Virus record (IMG/VR): IMGVR_UViG_3300020438_000007
Coordinates: 1-64,000 of that record
Length of the DNA stretch: 64,000 bases
Direction: 5' to 3' (one strand)
Part shown: in pieces, positions 18,085-26,787 of the stretch
Numbering within the stretch: the first letter of the stretch is position 1
Layout: every line of letters starts with the position of its first letter
The notes under the pieces: model-generated
The model's input: the letters and a program-made list of their open reading frames with translations, nothing else
Databases searched by the model: none
What the model was told of the DNA's origin: nothing
Program-made: the position numbers and the translations under genes

Positions 18085-18734
18085 TTTTTAACTTCAAATG
18101 TGAGATGATTATTACAATCCCCAAAGAACTTGCCGTCTAGATTGTAATTGAATGAGATACTATATCTGTCCTCATTAGAAAATGATGGAGTCACAGAGTG
18201 ATCTAGATGTGCAGGGAAAAGAAATAGACCACACTCTTCTGGTTGGAATCTTTTCTCAAAACTATTGAGATCATCATATCCAGTCACAGATGGTTCCCAA
18301 TAACTATTGATCCAAGTGGCATTTCTTGTAGTAAACATAATATCACCACTATTCTCAGGAACCTGTAGATAAAACACTCCAGCAAACTGAGTATTGTTGT
18401 GACGATGTTCTGCAATATAATTCCCTTTCTTTTGTAGGTTACCCCAAGAATTAATTCTTTTCAACCCATGTCTATCCAAATCAAGTTGTAAAGACTTAGC
18501 GAACCTATAAATTTCATTATTAATAGTATTCTCTAACTTCATCAACTCTGGACTTAACAATAGATCCGCTTGCAGTTTCGTTGTCTCTCCGTTAGGTCTG
18601 TTGACTATATCCATATCTTGTGCCCATTCACATGTCTTTAGAAAGTCCAACATGTGTTTTAATTCAGATGGTCTAAAATCTAGGACAGTTTGATAAACTG
18701 GAGTTGGAAATAATATATGAATATGTGACATCAC
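18081..18734 (-). CDS. 2OG-Fe(II) oxygenase (TIGR02466-like)
   Basis: LFPTPVY, HRH, GVFYL, FPAHLDHSV and RYSISFN motifs. Confidence 0.85.
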   Translation of the reverse strand: MMSHIHILFPTPVYQTVLDFRPSELKHMLDFLKTCEWAQDMDIVNRPNGETTKLQADLLLSPELMKLENTINNEIYRFAKSLQLDLDRHGLKRINSWGNLQKKGNYIAEHRHNNTQFAGVFYLQVPENSGDIMFTTRNATWINSYWEPSVTGYDDLNSFEKRFQPEECGLFLFPAHLDHSVTPSFSNEDRYSISFNYNLDGKFFGDCNNHLTFEVKK

Positions 18735-19348
18735 TCAGCATTTAAACTTTCATTGTATTGTTGATCCAAGCATCCCGCCGTGTTAACCTGTTGTAATCCT
18801 ATGTTACCTTGATACCAACCAGTAGCGATATACTTATCAGTCATAGGAGGATTACCTCTATGTAAATGAGTGTATCCGCCAGGCCAAATAAGAATAGTTC
18901 CTTTTGTAGGTTTTACTTTTCTCTTCTGGTATAAAAATTCTGTCTCTCCTCCCTCTTCAACGTCATTTAAATACACCATCCATGCCATAGTTCTATTGTT
19001 TAGATTCCAATTCACATTTTCTGCATGGAATAGATGATACCCATTTGTAGGTTCTGTCTTTTGAAGTAAACATAGAGAACTTACATAACTGAAATTGCCT
19101 AGGTAGGTGTATTCATTGATGTAATGAAACAAACAATTATTAACATACTTCATCATCTGGGAACACTCACTAGGAGAGAATCCATCTAAACATATCTGTT
19201 TATCTTTTACATGACTAAAGTTTCTTTTGAAGTCCACAAACTCCGCCTTATCCATATAGTTTACGAGAAAATCACAGAAGCGTGGGTCTACTGCGTTCTG
19301 AAAAATTCCAATAAAATCATGAAATTCATTTACAATTTGGGTTTCCAT
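18731..19348 (-). CDS. 2OG-Fe(II) oxygenase (prolyl-4-hydroxylase-like)
   Basis: HAE, YLNDVEEGGETEF, HRG and KYIATGW motifs. Confidence 0.88.
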   Translation of the reverse strand: METQIVNEFHDFIGIFQNAVDPRFCDFLVNYMDKAEFVDFKRNFSHVKDKQICLDGFSPSECSQMMKYVNNCLFHYINEYTYLGNFSYVSSLCLLQKTEPTNGYHLFHAENVNWNLNNRTMAWMVYLNDVEEGGETEFLYQKRKVKPTKGTILIWPGGYTHLHRGNPPMTDKYIATGWYQGNIGLQQVNTAGCLDQQYNESLNAE

Positions 19349-19352
19349 TATG

Positions 19353-19595
19353 TTACCAAAGATTTAATGGGCAATGTGCCGCTGAAAATTTGACCTTATT
19401 TACTAAGAAACAACCACACTCCTTGCATAAGTGTCGGTCTGGATCAAAACGATTACAGTCTCTACATATATCTATTCGTGCTTTCTTTACCTCTTCTGGA
19501 ACCATTAAGGTTCCGTCAAAGACGAAACCTTTTACAATATCGTAAGCAGTTCTAGAAAGATTTTTGGCTTTCTCTGGTAGAGAGGGATCAGTCAT
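19353..19595 (-). CDS. Cys-rich small protein (putative metal binding)
   Basis: CxxC...CxxCGC...CP..W pattern. Confidence 0.7.
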   Translation of the reverse strand: MTDPSLPEKAKNLSRTAYDIVKGFVFDGTLMVPEEVKKARIDICRDCNRFDPDRHLCKECGCFLVNKVKFSAAHCPLNLW

Positions 19596-19866
19596 TCGTA
19601 ACGGAATCCGTTACATAACAAGGAACCCCTGCTGGGTCTAACCATTTAGCATACTCAAAATCTTCAATAGCAAGAAGCAGTTGATCACCATTATCAAACA
19701 GATAGATATCTGAATACCTCTTAGTATACTCATGTGCTTTTTGCAAACGGAAATCAGGTTTACCATTTAGTTGAATGTAACCCCTTTGCACATAGCGGTA
19801 GGGGAACCTCTCATGGATCACGGTAGTCTTAGTCGTTGCGACAGACTTTGGATCTAAATCATTCAT
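19588..19866 (-). CDS. Conserved cyanophage hypothetical protein
   Basis: 92 aa ORF within an operon. Confidence 0.75.
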   Translation of the reverse strand: MNDLDPKSVATTKTTVIHERFPYRYVQRGYIQLNGKPDFRLQKAHEYTKRYSDIYLFDNGDQLLLAIEDFEYAKWLDPAGVPCYVTDSVTND

Positions 19867-20078
19867 TGGGAAACTCCTAGATCTTCTGCAATCAGACTCA
19901 TTAGCAATGAATACTCCTGTTCTGGATCCTCATCGCTGAACTCATAACCTTCTCCCTTATAGTACCTCAAAACTTTTTTGTAAATCTTTGGATACTTGAA
20001 GTCGAGCGCAAACTCTTGATCTACTGCTCCCTCCAAAGCATCAAGATTTTTCTTGAACTTAGAAATGAAAGTGGACAT
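19863..20078 (-). CDS. Hypothetical protein
   Basis: 71 aa ORF directly behind a sigma70 promoter. Confidence 0.75.
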   Translation of the reverse strand: MSTFISKFKKNLDALEGAVDQEFALDFKYPKIYKKVLRYYKGEGYEFSDEDPEQEYSLLMSLIAEDLGVSQ

Positions 20079-20101
20079 TTTCCGATTGTGTTTACGTTAC
20101 T

Positions 20102-20130
20102 ATTGTAGTCCTGTATTCAGTTTTTGTCAA
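20102..20130 (-). promoter_or_regulatory. Sigma70 promoter
   Basis: TTGACA(20130-20125)-17 bp-TACAAT(20107-20102). Confidence 0.8.
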
Positions 20131-20327
20131 GCACCGTCGTCATGATTCCACATGTGCTCAATATCTTGAGCCTGTCCCGAATCGATAACTGGTTTTAGTA
20201 CATCCTTATGTGGAACAAGTGCTACCTGTCCATCAGGAGTATCTATTACAAAGGTCTCTCCAGCATGGGCTCGATCGACCAATTCTTCAAAGTTTTCTTC
20301 TAAGTATTGGAGAGAAATAATTTGCAT
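20127..20327 (-). CDS. Phd/YefM antitoxin-like protein
   Basis: IISL..LEENFEELVDRA.AGETFVI.....VALV resembles the Phd/YefM N-terminal pattern. Confidence 0.55.
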   Translation of the reverse strand: MQIISLQYLEENFEELVDRAHAGETFVIDTPDGQVALVPHKDVLKPVIDSGQAQDIEHMWNHDDGA

Positions 20328-20965
20328 TAGATTGTCTGAGTTGTAGGCAAGTGATCCATAGATCCTGGCAACTCTAGTCCGCTTGGGGTGGACTCATTTA
20401 ATGATTTAATGCGATCAATTTGATCTCTGTTCTTTAAGCACTCCAACATTTGAGCTGCATGAGTAAGTTCAAATGGATCGTTAGGTAAGTTGTCTCTAGT
20501 TGCAACACCATCTGGTGTCTCTTCCTCAAGGTAAACCATCTGTGTATTGTTCTCAACTAACATGACCCACCGCCATGCTCTCATTCCCATACCTTTATTG
20601 TACATCTTGACTGAACATTGGGTTGCAGCCATTCCACCTTGTTTTGCAAGTCGTAAAATGTATGCTCCGTTTCCATCTGGAAGATACTTAAGGTTCTTAA
20701 TCTTCATATCTTTGAACCACTTATCCATAACAAATGAGTCGTTCATAGACACAACATAGATCTCATCAACAACAGTTTCTTTGATGAAGGTGTCATAAAG
20801 TTTCTCATACTCTTTGACCATTTCTGTACATGGAGGTGTGAAAGCACCACACACAGAGACGAGAAGAACATCCTTACCTTCAAACAATGAGTGTACTGAT
20901 TTCTTTGCTAATTTTTTAGATTTGTTATTCCAAAAGAACAACTCAGCATCAGGCAATAAATTCAT
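20327..20965 (-). CDS. Peroxiredoxin (Prx5-like redoxin)
   Basis: GAFTPPC, SMNDSFVM..W, PDGNG and GMGMRAWR motifs. Confidence 0.85.
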   Translation of the reverse strand: MNLLPDAELFFWNNKSKKLAKKSVHSLFEGKDVLLVSVCGAFTPPCTEMVKEYEKLYDTFIKETVVDEIYVVSMNDSFVMDKWFKDMKIKNLKYLPDGNGAYILRLAKQGGMAATQCSVKMYNKGMGMRAWRWVMLVENNTQMVYLEEETPDGVATRDNLPNDPFELTHAAQMLECLKNRDQIDRIKSLNESTPSGLELPGSMDHLPTTQTI

Positions 20966-21001
20966 TTTTCTAATTTACTTTCATGTATAGTATGTATATG
21001 A

Positions 21002-21214
21002 TTACTCAGGCAGATCCCTGAGTGCCTCAAGTTTAATAAACTGTTCGTTGAGATTATAGTGTAACTTATAATTTACAGTTGTCAAGTAAAACCCAGTAAT
21101 TTCTGATCCGTCACAACTGTATCCATAGCCTGTAAGTTTTTCATTTACTCCGTCAATTTTCAATGACTTACCTTTTTCGAGGTAACTGTGGTACTTCTCG
21201 TCTAGACTGATCAT
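21002..21214 (-). CDS. Hypothetical protein
   Basis: 70 aa ORF with ATGA overlap. Confidence 0.7.
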   Translation of the reverse strand: MISLDEKYHSYLEKGKSLKIDGVNEKLTGYGYSCDGSEITGFYLTTVNYKLHYNLNEQFIKLEALRDLPE

Positions 21215-21465
21215 CGTTCTTCGTAGGTTATTTTTCTAACGCCTCTTCGACGGCGTTCTTCTTGGTATTTTAGATCATCAGATGTCAGAATACCATCATA
21301 TCTGACAGTTTTGTCATATTCTGTAAGGATTACCTGACCTAGATCCTTCGCACCAACGGTTTCGTCTACAACCTTCATTTGATTTTCACATTTACAGACT
21401 TGAATCTTAGTTGTTGCTTTCAATTCTGTATTACATAGTTTGCATCTCGCTTTCAGCATCTTCAT
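21211..21465 (-). CDS. Hypothetical Zn-ribbon-like protein
   Basis: CKLC...CKC pattern. Confidence 0.7.
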   Translation of the reverse strand: MKMLKARCKLCNTELKATTKIQVCKCENQMKVVDETVGAKDLGQVILTEYDKTVRYDGILTSDDLKYQEERRRRGVRKITYEER

Positions 21466-21889
21466 TTACCTTTAAAACTAACTCGAACTCCCTCAATATA
21501 GAAGCTTCTGGATCTTGGTCTCTAATATTACAGTATTCCAACCACCTAAGAGCAGTCTTCTCTGGATCTTTTAATCCCTTTCCATATAAAATAGTGTAAG
21601 GTCGATTCTCTAAACTGTTAAATTTTGCTACCAAGTATTCTGGGTAATTTCCAATCAAGTCACAGAGTTCATCTCTGTCAACATCAACTTTGTACATTTG
21701 AAATTCATTACCATAAACAGAGTGAAATAACCCTGCCCTCACCTCATCATCTGGTCTTCCGTAGGAACACAACATACCAGCTACTCTTAGAGAGTGTGAT
21801 AAGAGATCTCCATCCAAGCCAGTAGAGTCTGTGTGAGGTATTTGATCAACCCCAAGATTGACCATGTAGTTTATGTATTCGTCCATCAT
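21431..21889 (-). CDS. HD-like fold protein
   Basis: LLSHSLRV...AGLFHSVYG. Confidence 0.65.
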   Translation of the reverse strand: MMDEYINYMVNLGVDQIPHTDSTGLDGDLLSHSLRVAGMLCSYGRPDDEVRAGLFHSVYGNEFQMYKVDVDRDELCDLIGNYPEYLVAKFNSLENRPYTILYGKGLKDPEKTALRWLEYCNIRDQDPEASILREFELVLKVNEDAESEMQTM

Positions 21890-22464
21890 CCTGACATATT
21901 AATCGTAAGTGACAATCTAGGTTCGGGACTAGCTACTACCGTGTGCATAGTTCCCTCTGGTATGATAAGAACATCTGATGGACCTACTTCACTCTTCTGT
22001 CCATTGATACTCCATGTGCAAGTGCCATAGAGTGGTTTTACTATGACATGATATTCGTGATTGTGTGGATCAAAACTTGGTCTATTAAAAACAGTTCCAG
22101 TACTTAAGTATAGATTAGCATTAGTTTCTGATCCTTTATATTCAAATAGTTTATCATCAAGAGATCTAAGATCTGCTGTCAGATCCATGACGTTACTCAG
22201 GAGACTAGTGAATCCAAGATCAAATAACCTCTTCCATTTGTCGTAGATTATATAACCTCTAGAGTCAAAAAATCCATTGGATTTTTTCTGACACTGATTG
22301 ATAACTTCGAGAGATGGTTCTGGCCATCTATATTTTATTTGAAGCAGATCAAGAATACCTTCTTCATCTAAATTTATTTCATGTGCGTTTATGATATCGG
22401 CCGCCTCTTGGAGATACGGCATAGCATCAGGGACAGGTGGTCTCCACTGTTGATAACTATTCAA
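21886..22464 (-). CDS. JmjC/cupin-family oxygenase
   Basis: ANLY, FDPHNH, G...W, IPEGTMH and LSLT motifs. Confidence 0.75.
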   Translation of the reverse strand: MNSYQQWRPPVPDAMPYLQEAADIINAHEINLDEEGILDLLQIKYRWPEPSLEVINQCQKKSNGFFDSRGYIIYDKWKRLFDLGFTSLLSNVMDLTADLRSLDDKLFEYKGSETNANLYLSTGTVFNRPSFDPHNHEYHVIVKPLYGTCTWSINGQKSEVGPSDVLIIPEGTMHTVVASPEPRLSLTINMSG

Positions 22465-22624
22465 TCTCTTCCCTCCATTCTTCGTAAAAAGCTATGGCTT
22501 CCTCATAGGCACCCTGTTCGTACAGGTCATGAATCCTGTCAATGATGTAATCTTTTGTAAGTTTTTCCTCTTGATAATCTTGGGTGAATTGAGAGAGGTC
22601 GGATTGGAATGATGGGTCAAGCAT
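22457..22624 (-). CDS. Small acidic protein (55 aa), not in the ORF track
   Basis: MLDPSFQSDLSQFTQDYQEE...WREEIE fills the gap between its neighbours, overlapping each by 8 bp. Confidence 0.7.
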   Translation of the reverse strand: MLDPSFQSDLSQFTQDYQEEKLTKDYIIDRIHDLYEQGAYEEAIAFYEEWREEIE

Positions 22625-23054
22625 CGAAGTAGTCCTTTCGGTAGTAACGTCCTAGCACATTAGAATTATAGTATGCAGGCTCTCCGTTGTCAAGAGCCTC
22701 AGTCAATACGTTATTTAGAAAGAGTTGTCTGGTCTCCTCATAGTTGGTTTTTCCTAGTGTAGTATGAAGGGATATTATCTCTCTGCTAAAGGTGTCCTTA
22801 CCGTACTCCTTAACGTCGGCCTTGAGTTCTGGGGAACTTCCATAATACTTCTTCCAATCGGACTCTGAAGTAACTCTCCTTTTACCACCTTTTGGCTTAC
22901 GTCTCTGCACGAAATACTTTCTACCGATGTACTTTTTACCTGTTGTCTTATTAGTAATGAGGTAGACGAAACCGAAGAAATCGCCAATGTCGTCAGTAGT
23001 AAAAGGTTTACCCTCATATAGCCAGGGGTTTTCGTAAACTCCTCCTTCAACCAT
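22617..23054 (-). CDS. GIY-YIG family nuclease
   Basis: GFVYLITN..GKKYIGRK, YYGSS, a conserved E and YYN. Confidence 0.85.
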   Translation of the reverse strand: MVEGGVYENPWLYEGKPFTTDDIGDFFGFVYLITNKTTGKKYIGRKYFVQRRKPKGGKRRVTSESDWKKYYGSSPELKADVKEYGKDTFSREIISLHTTLGKTNYEETRQLFLNNVLTEALDNGEPAYYNSNVLGRYYRKDYFDA

Positions 23055-23064
23055 ATCATGATTT

Positions 23065-23193
23065 TCATATCTTCACACTATGTATATGAGGTCTCTGATC
23101 CTGTTGTACCCACCACTGCATCGAACAAACATACAATGTTTGGAATAGTATTAGGGATAATATAATTGTTACATTCTGCCATTGAATTGTCAT
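23065..23193 (-). CDS. Small membrane protein (42 aa), not in the ORF track
   Basis: MTIQWQNVTIILSLILFQTLYV...; ATGA overlap. Confidence 0.5.
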   Translation of the reverse strand: MTIQWQNVTIILSLILFQTLYVCSMQWWVQQDQRPHIHSVKI

Positions 23194-23351
23194 GACCAAA
23201 TCCTAGTTAGTTGACGAACATCTGTTACACCATAGAGTGCCTTGACAGTTCGTTCTGCATCCTCTCTTAAATTAGATGGTGAAAAGAATTCTACTTTTGT
23301 TAATCTATTTGAGTCAAGTAGAATCTGCGCTGACCACTTAGTTTCTTTCAT
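23190..23351 (-). CDS. Hypothetical protein (53 aa), not in the ORF track
   Basis: MKETKWSAQILLDSNRL...RIWS; ATGA overlaps at both ends. Confidence 0.65.
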   Translation of the reverse strand: MKETKWSAQILLDSNRLTKVEFFSPSNLREDAERTVKALYGVTDVRQLTRIWS

Positions 23352-24037
23352 GTCAATTTATTCCAAGTGTCTTTCCAATCTGTGACTGTCACAACCATAC
23401 CTAGTTTGTTATCTGTAATGGCATCTGCTAATGGTCTATCATTACCACCTTCTTCCATCCTATCTCCAAAGAATACTAAATCACCGTCAGGAAAGTCTCT
23501 AATGATCTGACCCTTATCACTTCCCTTACTTGAAATGTCAACACCTGTTATACCACCAACAAAGGCATGTAACTCTGGAAACTTTTCATTGAATCTAGTT
23601 GATATTCCTTCTCTCTCTTTCTTAATATCATCCCAATCACTATAAACTAATCTCTCTGTATGATTGGCACCTCTACCAACAATACTAAAGTTGACACAGC
23701 CTGGTCTTTCTTCTATATGGTTTCCTGTTCTTACAGGGAAGTGACTCTCATGTAGTTCTTCTAGAAGATGTTCCTTTGCATCTAATGGCAACGTCCAATC
23801 GTTTCTGAATGTCAGAAGATCTCCCTCATAAACATCATTACCAGCACAATTATACACCCTCTTACAATTACAGTAAAGAAGGTGTGTAATTTGTTCTATA
23901 GTTTTCTCTCTATTACTTCCTGTTACCAGATAAACTTCGTTTGCCAAGGCAAAACTGTTGAAGAATATTAGAAAGTCAGGGTCAATCTTTTGTCTACTGG
24001 GTGTGAGAGTCCCATCGACATCAAAAATATATTTCAT
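23348..24037 (-). CDS. HAD-IIB phosphomannomutase-like enzyme (eukaryote-type PMM)
   Basis: FDVDGTLTPSRQKI, IEER...NFSIVGR, DK and FFGDR..GGND motifs. Confidence 0.85.
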   Translation of the reverse strand: MKYIFDVDGTLTPSRQKIDPDFLIFFNSFALANEVYLVTGSNREKTIEQITHLLYCNCKRVYNCAGNDVYEGDLLTFRNDWTLPLDAKEHLLEELHESHFPVRTGNHIEERPGCVNFSIVGRGANHTERLVYSDWDDIKKEREGISTRFNEKFPELHAFVGGITGVDISSKGSDKGQIIRDFPDGDLVFFGDRMEEGGNDRPLADAITDNKLGMVVTVTDWKDTWNKLT

Positions 24038-24043
24038 TTATCC

Positions 24044-24071
24044 ATTATACACATTATAAAAAGTTTGTCAA
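24044..24071 (-). promoter_or_regulatory. Sigma70 promoter, probably giving a leaderless mRNA
   Basis: TTGACA(24071-24066)-16 bp-TATAAT(24049-24044); the ATG is 7 nt downstream. Confidence 0.65.
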
Positions 24072-26420
24072 CTATTCTCCGCCTCCGTCGCCTCCGCCGT
24101 TCCCGCCACCATTTCCACCGTTACCGTTTCCACCATGTCCATTACCATTACCGTTTCCATTCTTTCCATTGGTATCATCATCTGAATTGTCTGGTTTTAA
24201 CATTCCGCCATAACCAACTCTATATCCTTTAGGGATAGACTTGCATTTCTTATCATCATTACAATAGTATTCACCTTCACCACACTTTTTCTTCTCTTCA
24301 TCTATTTCATTCTTTCTTACATACTCCTTTCCACCAGCCCCTATGTCAGTTACCTTAACTTTGATCTTTGATGGATCTTTAAGTTTAACTTTAACCATTG
24401 GTTTCTTTGCTTCAATTACAGGAGAGTACTCATCCCTTAGATGATCTGGAATGATGTCAGATACATATTTTTTATGTTCTTTTCTCTGTAGAAGTCTCCT
24501 CCCTCTAGCACCAGCATCCATAGCTTTCATAGGCTCTTTCAACACTGCCTGTTTTCTCTTGACTGCCGCCACCATACCACCAAGTTTCTCAGAAATCAAC
24601 TCACCTGTCTCAGGTTCGTAACCACAGTTCCATGCTCTGAGAGATTTATTGATTCTGGAATCAGGATCTCTTGCAGTCTTAGCAGAGGTAAGTTTTGATT
24701 TCATACCTTTCATTCTTGCACAGAATGATGCTCTTCTCTTGTTACCTTTCTTTTTACTGGGTGCTTTAAGATCTGAGCCTGGATTAGCTCTCTCGTAAGA
24801 CTTACGACCCTTCTCATTCAAACCACCCGAAGAGTTCTTACCAGCCTTTCTTGTCCATGCTGCAGCTTCTGTCATAGAAAGATCAGGAGTATGATCTGCT
24901 GCAAGAGTTCTGTAATCTGGTTCACCCTTCTTTACTGTTCCCTTTTTCTTTGCCATGTTGGCAAGATCTTTTGGTTCTTCTTTTGATTTGTTCCTTGTAG
25001 GATCAATAGAACCCTCAGTAAATTTTACAGGACTTGAGACAGTTCCCTTTCCATCAACATATTTTGTGACTCTAGGGTTCTTCTCATCATCATTTCTAAA
25101 ATCCTTATGTGTTTTTTTCCACTTCTGCCTTGTCATCTCAACAGTTTCTTTCAACTTTTTCTTTTTAGACACCATCATATCTTCCAATCTCTTCTTCTTA
25201 GAGACTGCAATAGCAGACTGTTGTGCTGCATTTTGTGCCTCACCCATCATTTTGGGTCCACCTGCTTTCTTCTCTGCCACTTTCTTTTCATTGGGATTCT
25301 CATTGCCTATGGCAAGATTCCTCATCTTCTGCTTCTTCTGTGCATCCTTATGTTCTTTAGGATTAATCTCAAAGCTATCATTGATCTGAGTAGTGGGGTT
25401 TAGAGTTTCTTTCTTCGCCTTTTCCTGTCTCCTCTTCTTTTCTTTTTGAACTCTCTTCAACATAAACTTATTAGATGGCATACTCTGATCCATCTTACTA
25501 AACTTATCGTGAAGTCTATCCAAGTTGATGTCAGTCTGCCTGTGCATCTTAGCATCTTCTAAGATGTCCCTAAAATTTTCTTTAAGACCCTTAGTTTTCT
25601 TACCTCTTCGGTCTGCATGGTCTGCTCTTCTATCTCTTTGGACACCGCCACCAAGTGGTTCAGATCCATAAGGATTACCGTATCTTTCAAGTCTTTTACC
25701 TGATCTTTTATGATCTGGTACTAATTTGTCAACCTTTGCTTCGTTCACTTTCTTCTTAGGTTTATCAGTACTAACATATGTAGGTTTTGCCGCACCTGAC
25801 TTGGACTGTTGGCCTGGATCTGCTGCCTTCTTTCTCCTTGCCGCAGACTGCCTTTCTGACTTAGACATACTTGCACGTTTAGATGATGACACACACTTAG
25901 GAGTACCCTCGCCTGGCTCGTCACTAGCACAGGTTCCACCTGTAACTACATTAACCCAACCACCTTTACCATCTTTAGACTTGGATCCTTTGAACCACTG
26001 ACGTAGATTACCTTCCTTAACCTCTGGTGTCTTAGGAATCATAACAGGTTCAAACATCTTCTTCTTAGCCCAGTCATCTGGAATCATGAGATGTTTTGCT
26101 TTGAACTGCATGTGTAGAAGAGTAGTGTCAATACCATTCCTTGAAGAAATTTTCTTCATCAGGTCGTCAACTTCACCGTAAGATGGGTAGTCTAATTTTT
26201 CTAGACCATCTTCTAGTTCTTTTACAGCGACTGACTCATTCATTTTTTTCTTCTCAGGTAATCCTTTATGTTTAGTAGATGCAAATTTCTTTACATCTTT
26301 TCTCTTCATGCTGGCAGCAGCTCTTTGAACCTCAAGCGTTTTTTCTCCCTTGAGAGTACCTTTTTGAGCCGCTCTAACAATCCCGAAGAATTTTTGTTGT
26401 TTTTTGGAGACTGCTGGCAT
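24072..26420 (-). CDS. Large basic modular protein, putative internal head polyprotein
   Basis: Lys/Arg-rich modules separated by hydrophobic-X-Glu sites; Gly/Asn tail. Confidence 0.8.
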   Translation of the reverse strand: MPAVSKKQQKFFGIVRAAQKGTLKGEKTLEVQRAAASMKRKDVKKFASTKHKGLPEKKKMNESVAVKELEDGLEKLDYPSYGEVDDLMKKISSRNGIDTTLLHMQFKAKHLMIPDDWAKKKMFEPVMIPKTPEVKEGNLRQWFKGSKSKDGKGGWVNVVTGGTCASDEPGEGTPKCVSSSKRASMSKSERQSAARRKKAADPGQQSKSGAAKPTYVSTDKPKKKVNEAKVDKLVPDHKRSGKRLERYGNPYGSEPLGGGVQRDRRADHADRRGKKTKGLKENFRDILEDAKMHRQTDINLDRLHDKFSKMDQSMPSNKFMLKRVQKEKKRRQEKAKKETLNPTTQINDSFEINPKEHKDAQKKQKMRNLAIGNENPNEKKVAEKKAGGPKMMGEAQNAAQQSAIAVSKKKRLEDMMVSKKKKLKETVEMTRQKWKKTHKDFRNDDEKNPRVTKYVDGKGTVSSPVKFTEGSIDPTRNKSKEEPKDLANMAKKKGTVKKGEPDYRTLAADHTPDLSMTEAAAWTRKAGKNSSGGLNEKGRKSYERANPGSDLKAPSKKKGNKRRASFCARMKGMKSKLTSAKTARDPDSRINKSLRAWNCGYEPETGELISEKLGGMVAAVKRKQAVLKEPMKAMDAGARGRRLLQRKEHKKYVSDIIPDHLRDEYSPVIEAKKPMVKVKLKDPSKIKVKVTDIGAGGKEYVRKNEIDEEKKKCGEGEYYCNDDKKCKSIPKGYRVGYGGMLKPDNSDDDTNGKNGNGNGNGHGGNGNGGNGGGNGGGDGGGE
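24075..24170 (-). repeat. Low-complexity Gly/Asn codon repeat
   Basis: Encodes NGKNGNGNGNGHGGNGNGGNGGGNGGGDGGGE. Confidence 0.8.
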
Positions 26421-26421
26421 G

Positions 26422-26787
26422 TCATGTACCTAATCCTTTTCCTGATTTCATGTTTTCTTTACTACCGTATCTAGCTTTTGTTTCTACATACCCCTTTGTA
26501 TTATCACCATAACCCATCTCTTTGGCATCTGACTTAAGTTTTTGGTTTGCATTATGTTGTTTAAGATACTTACCTTCACCATCAGTCTTCGCACCTTTCA
26601 CTTTAGGTTTCTGGTTACTACCACTTCTCATGATAGCACCTTTACCATACTGAGCTGTGATGGATTTCTTTACTGCGTCCATTACAGAATCTTTAGATTT
26701 AGATAATGGTTTCTTAGTTCCACCTACATCATAACCTGTTTCTTTTTTGAGACGAGTCGCCTCTTGAAAATCTTGGAAGTTCTTCAT
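26422..26787 (-). CDS. Basic protein with a capsid-targeting-like N-terminus
   Basis: MKNFQDFQEA, compared with the T4 IP consensus MKTYQEFIAE. Confidence 0.75.
   Translation of the reverse strand: MKNFQDFQEATRLKKETGYDVGGTKKPLSKSKDSVMDAVKKSITAQYGKGAIMRSGSNQKPKVKGAKTDGEGKYLKQHNANQKLKSDAKEMGYGDNTKGYVETKARYGSKENMKSGKGLGT

Noticed and set aside
22617-23054. GIY-YIG gene as a mobile homing endonuclease
   Set aside because: It has only the catalytic domain and no DNA-binding extension. It looks like the ordinary short nuclease of T4-like phages, so mobility is unsupported.
16040-24037. Ascorbate (Smirnoff-Wheeler) pathway suggested by PMM plus a GME-like enzyme and many 2OG oxygenases
   Set aside because: No GDP-L-galactose phosphorylase, L-galactose dehydrogenase or lactone dehydrogenase is recognisable. 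The glycosyltransferase context explains both genes better.
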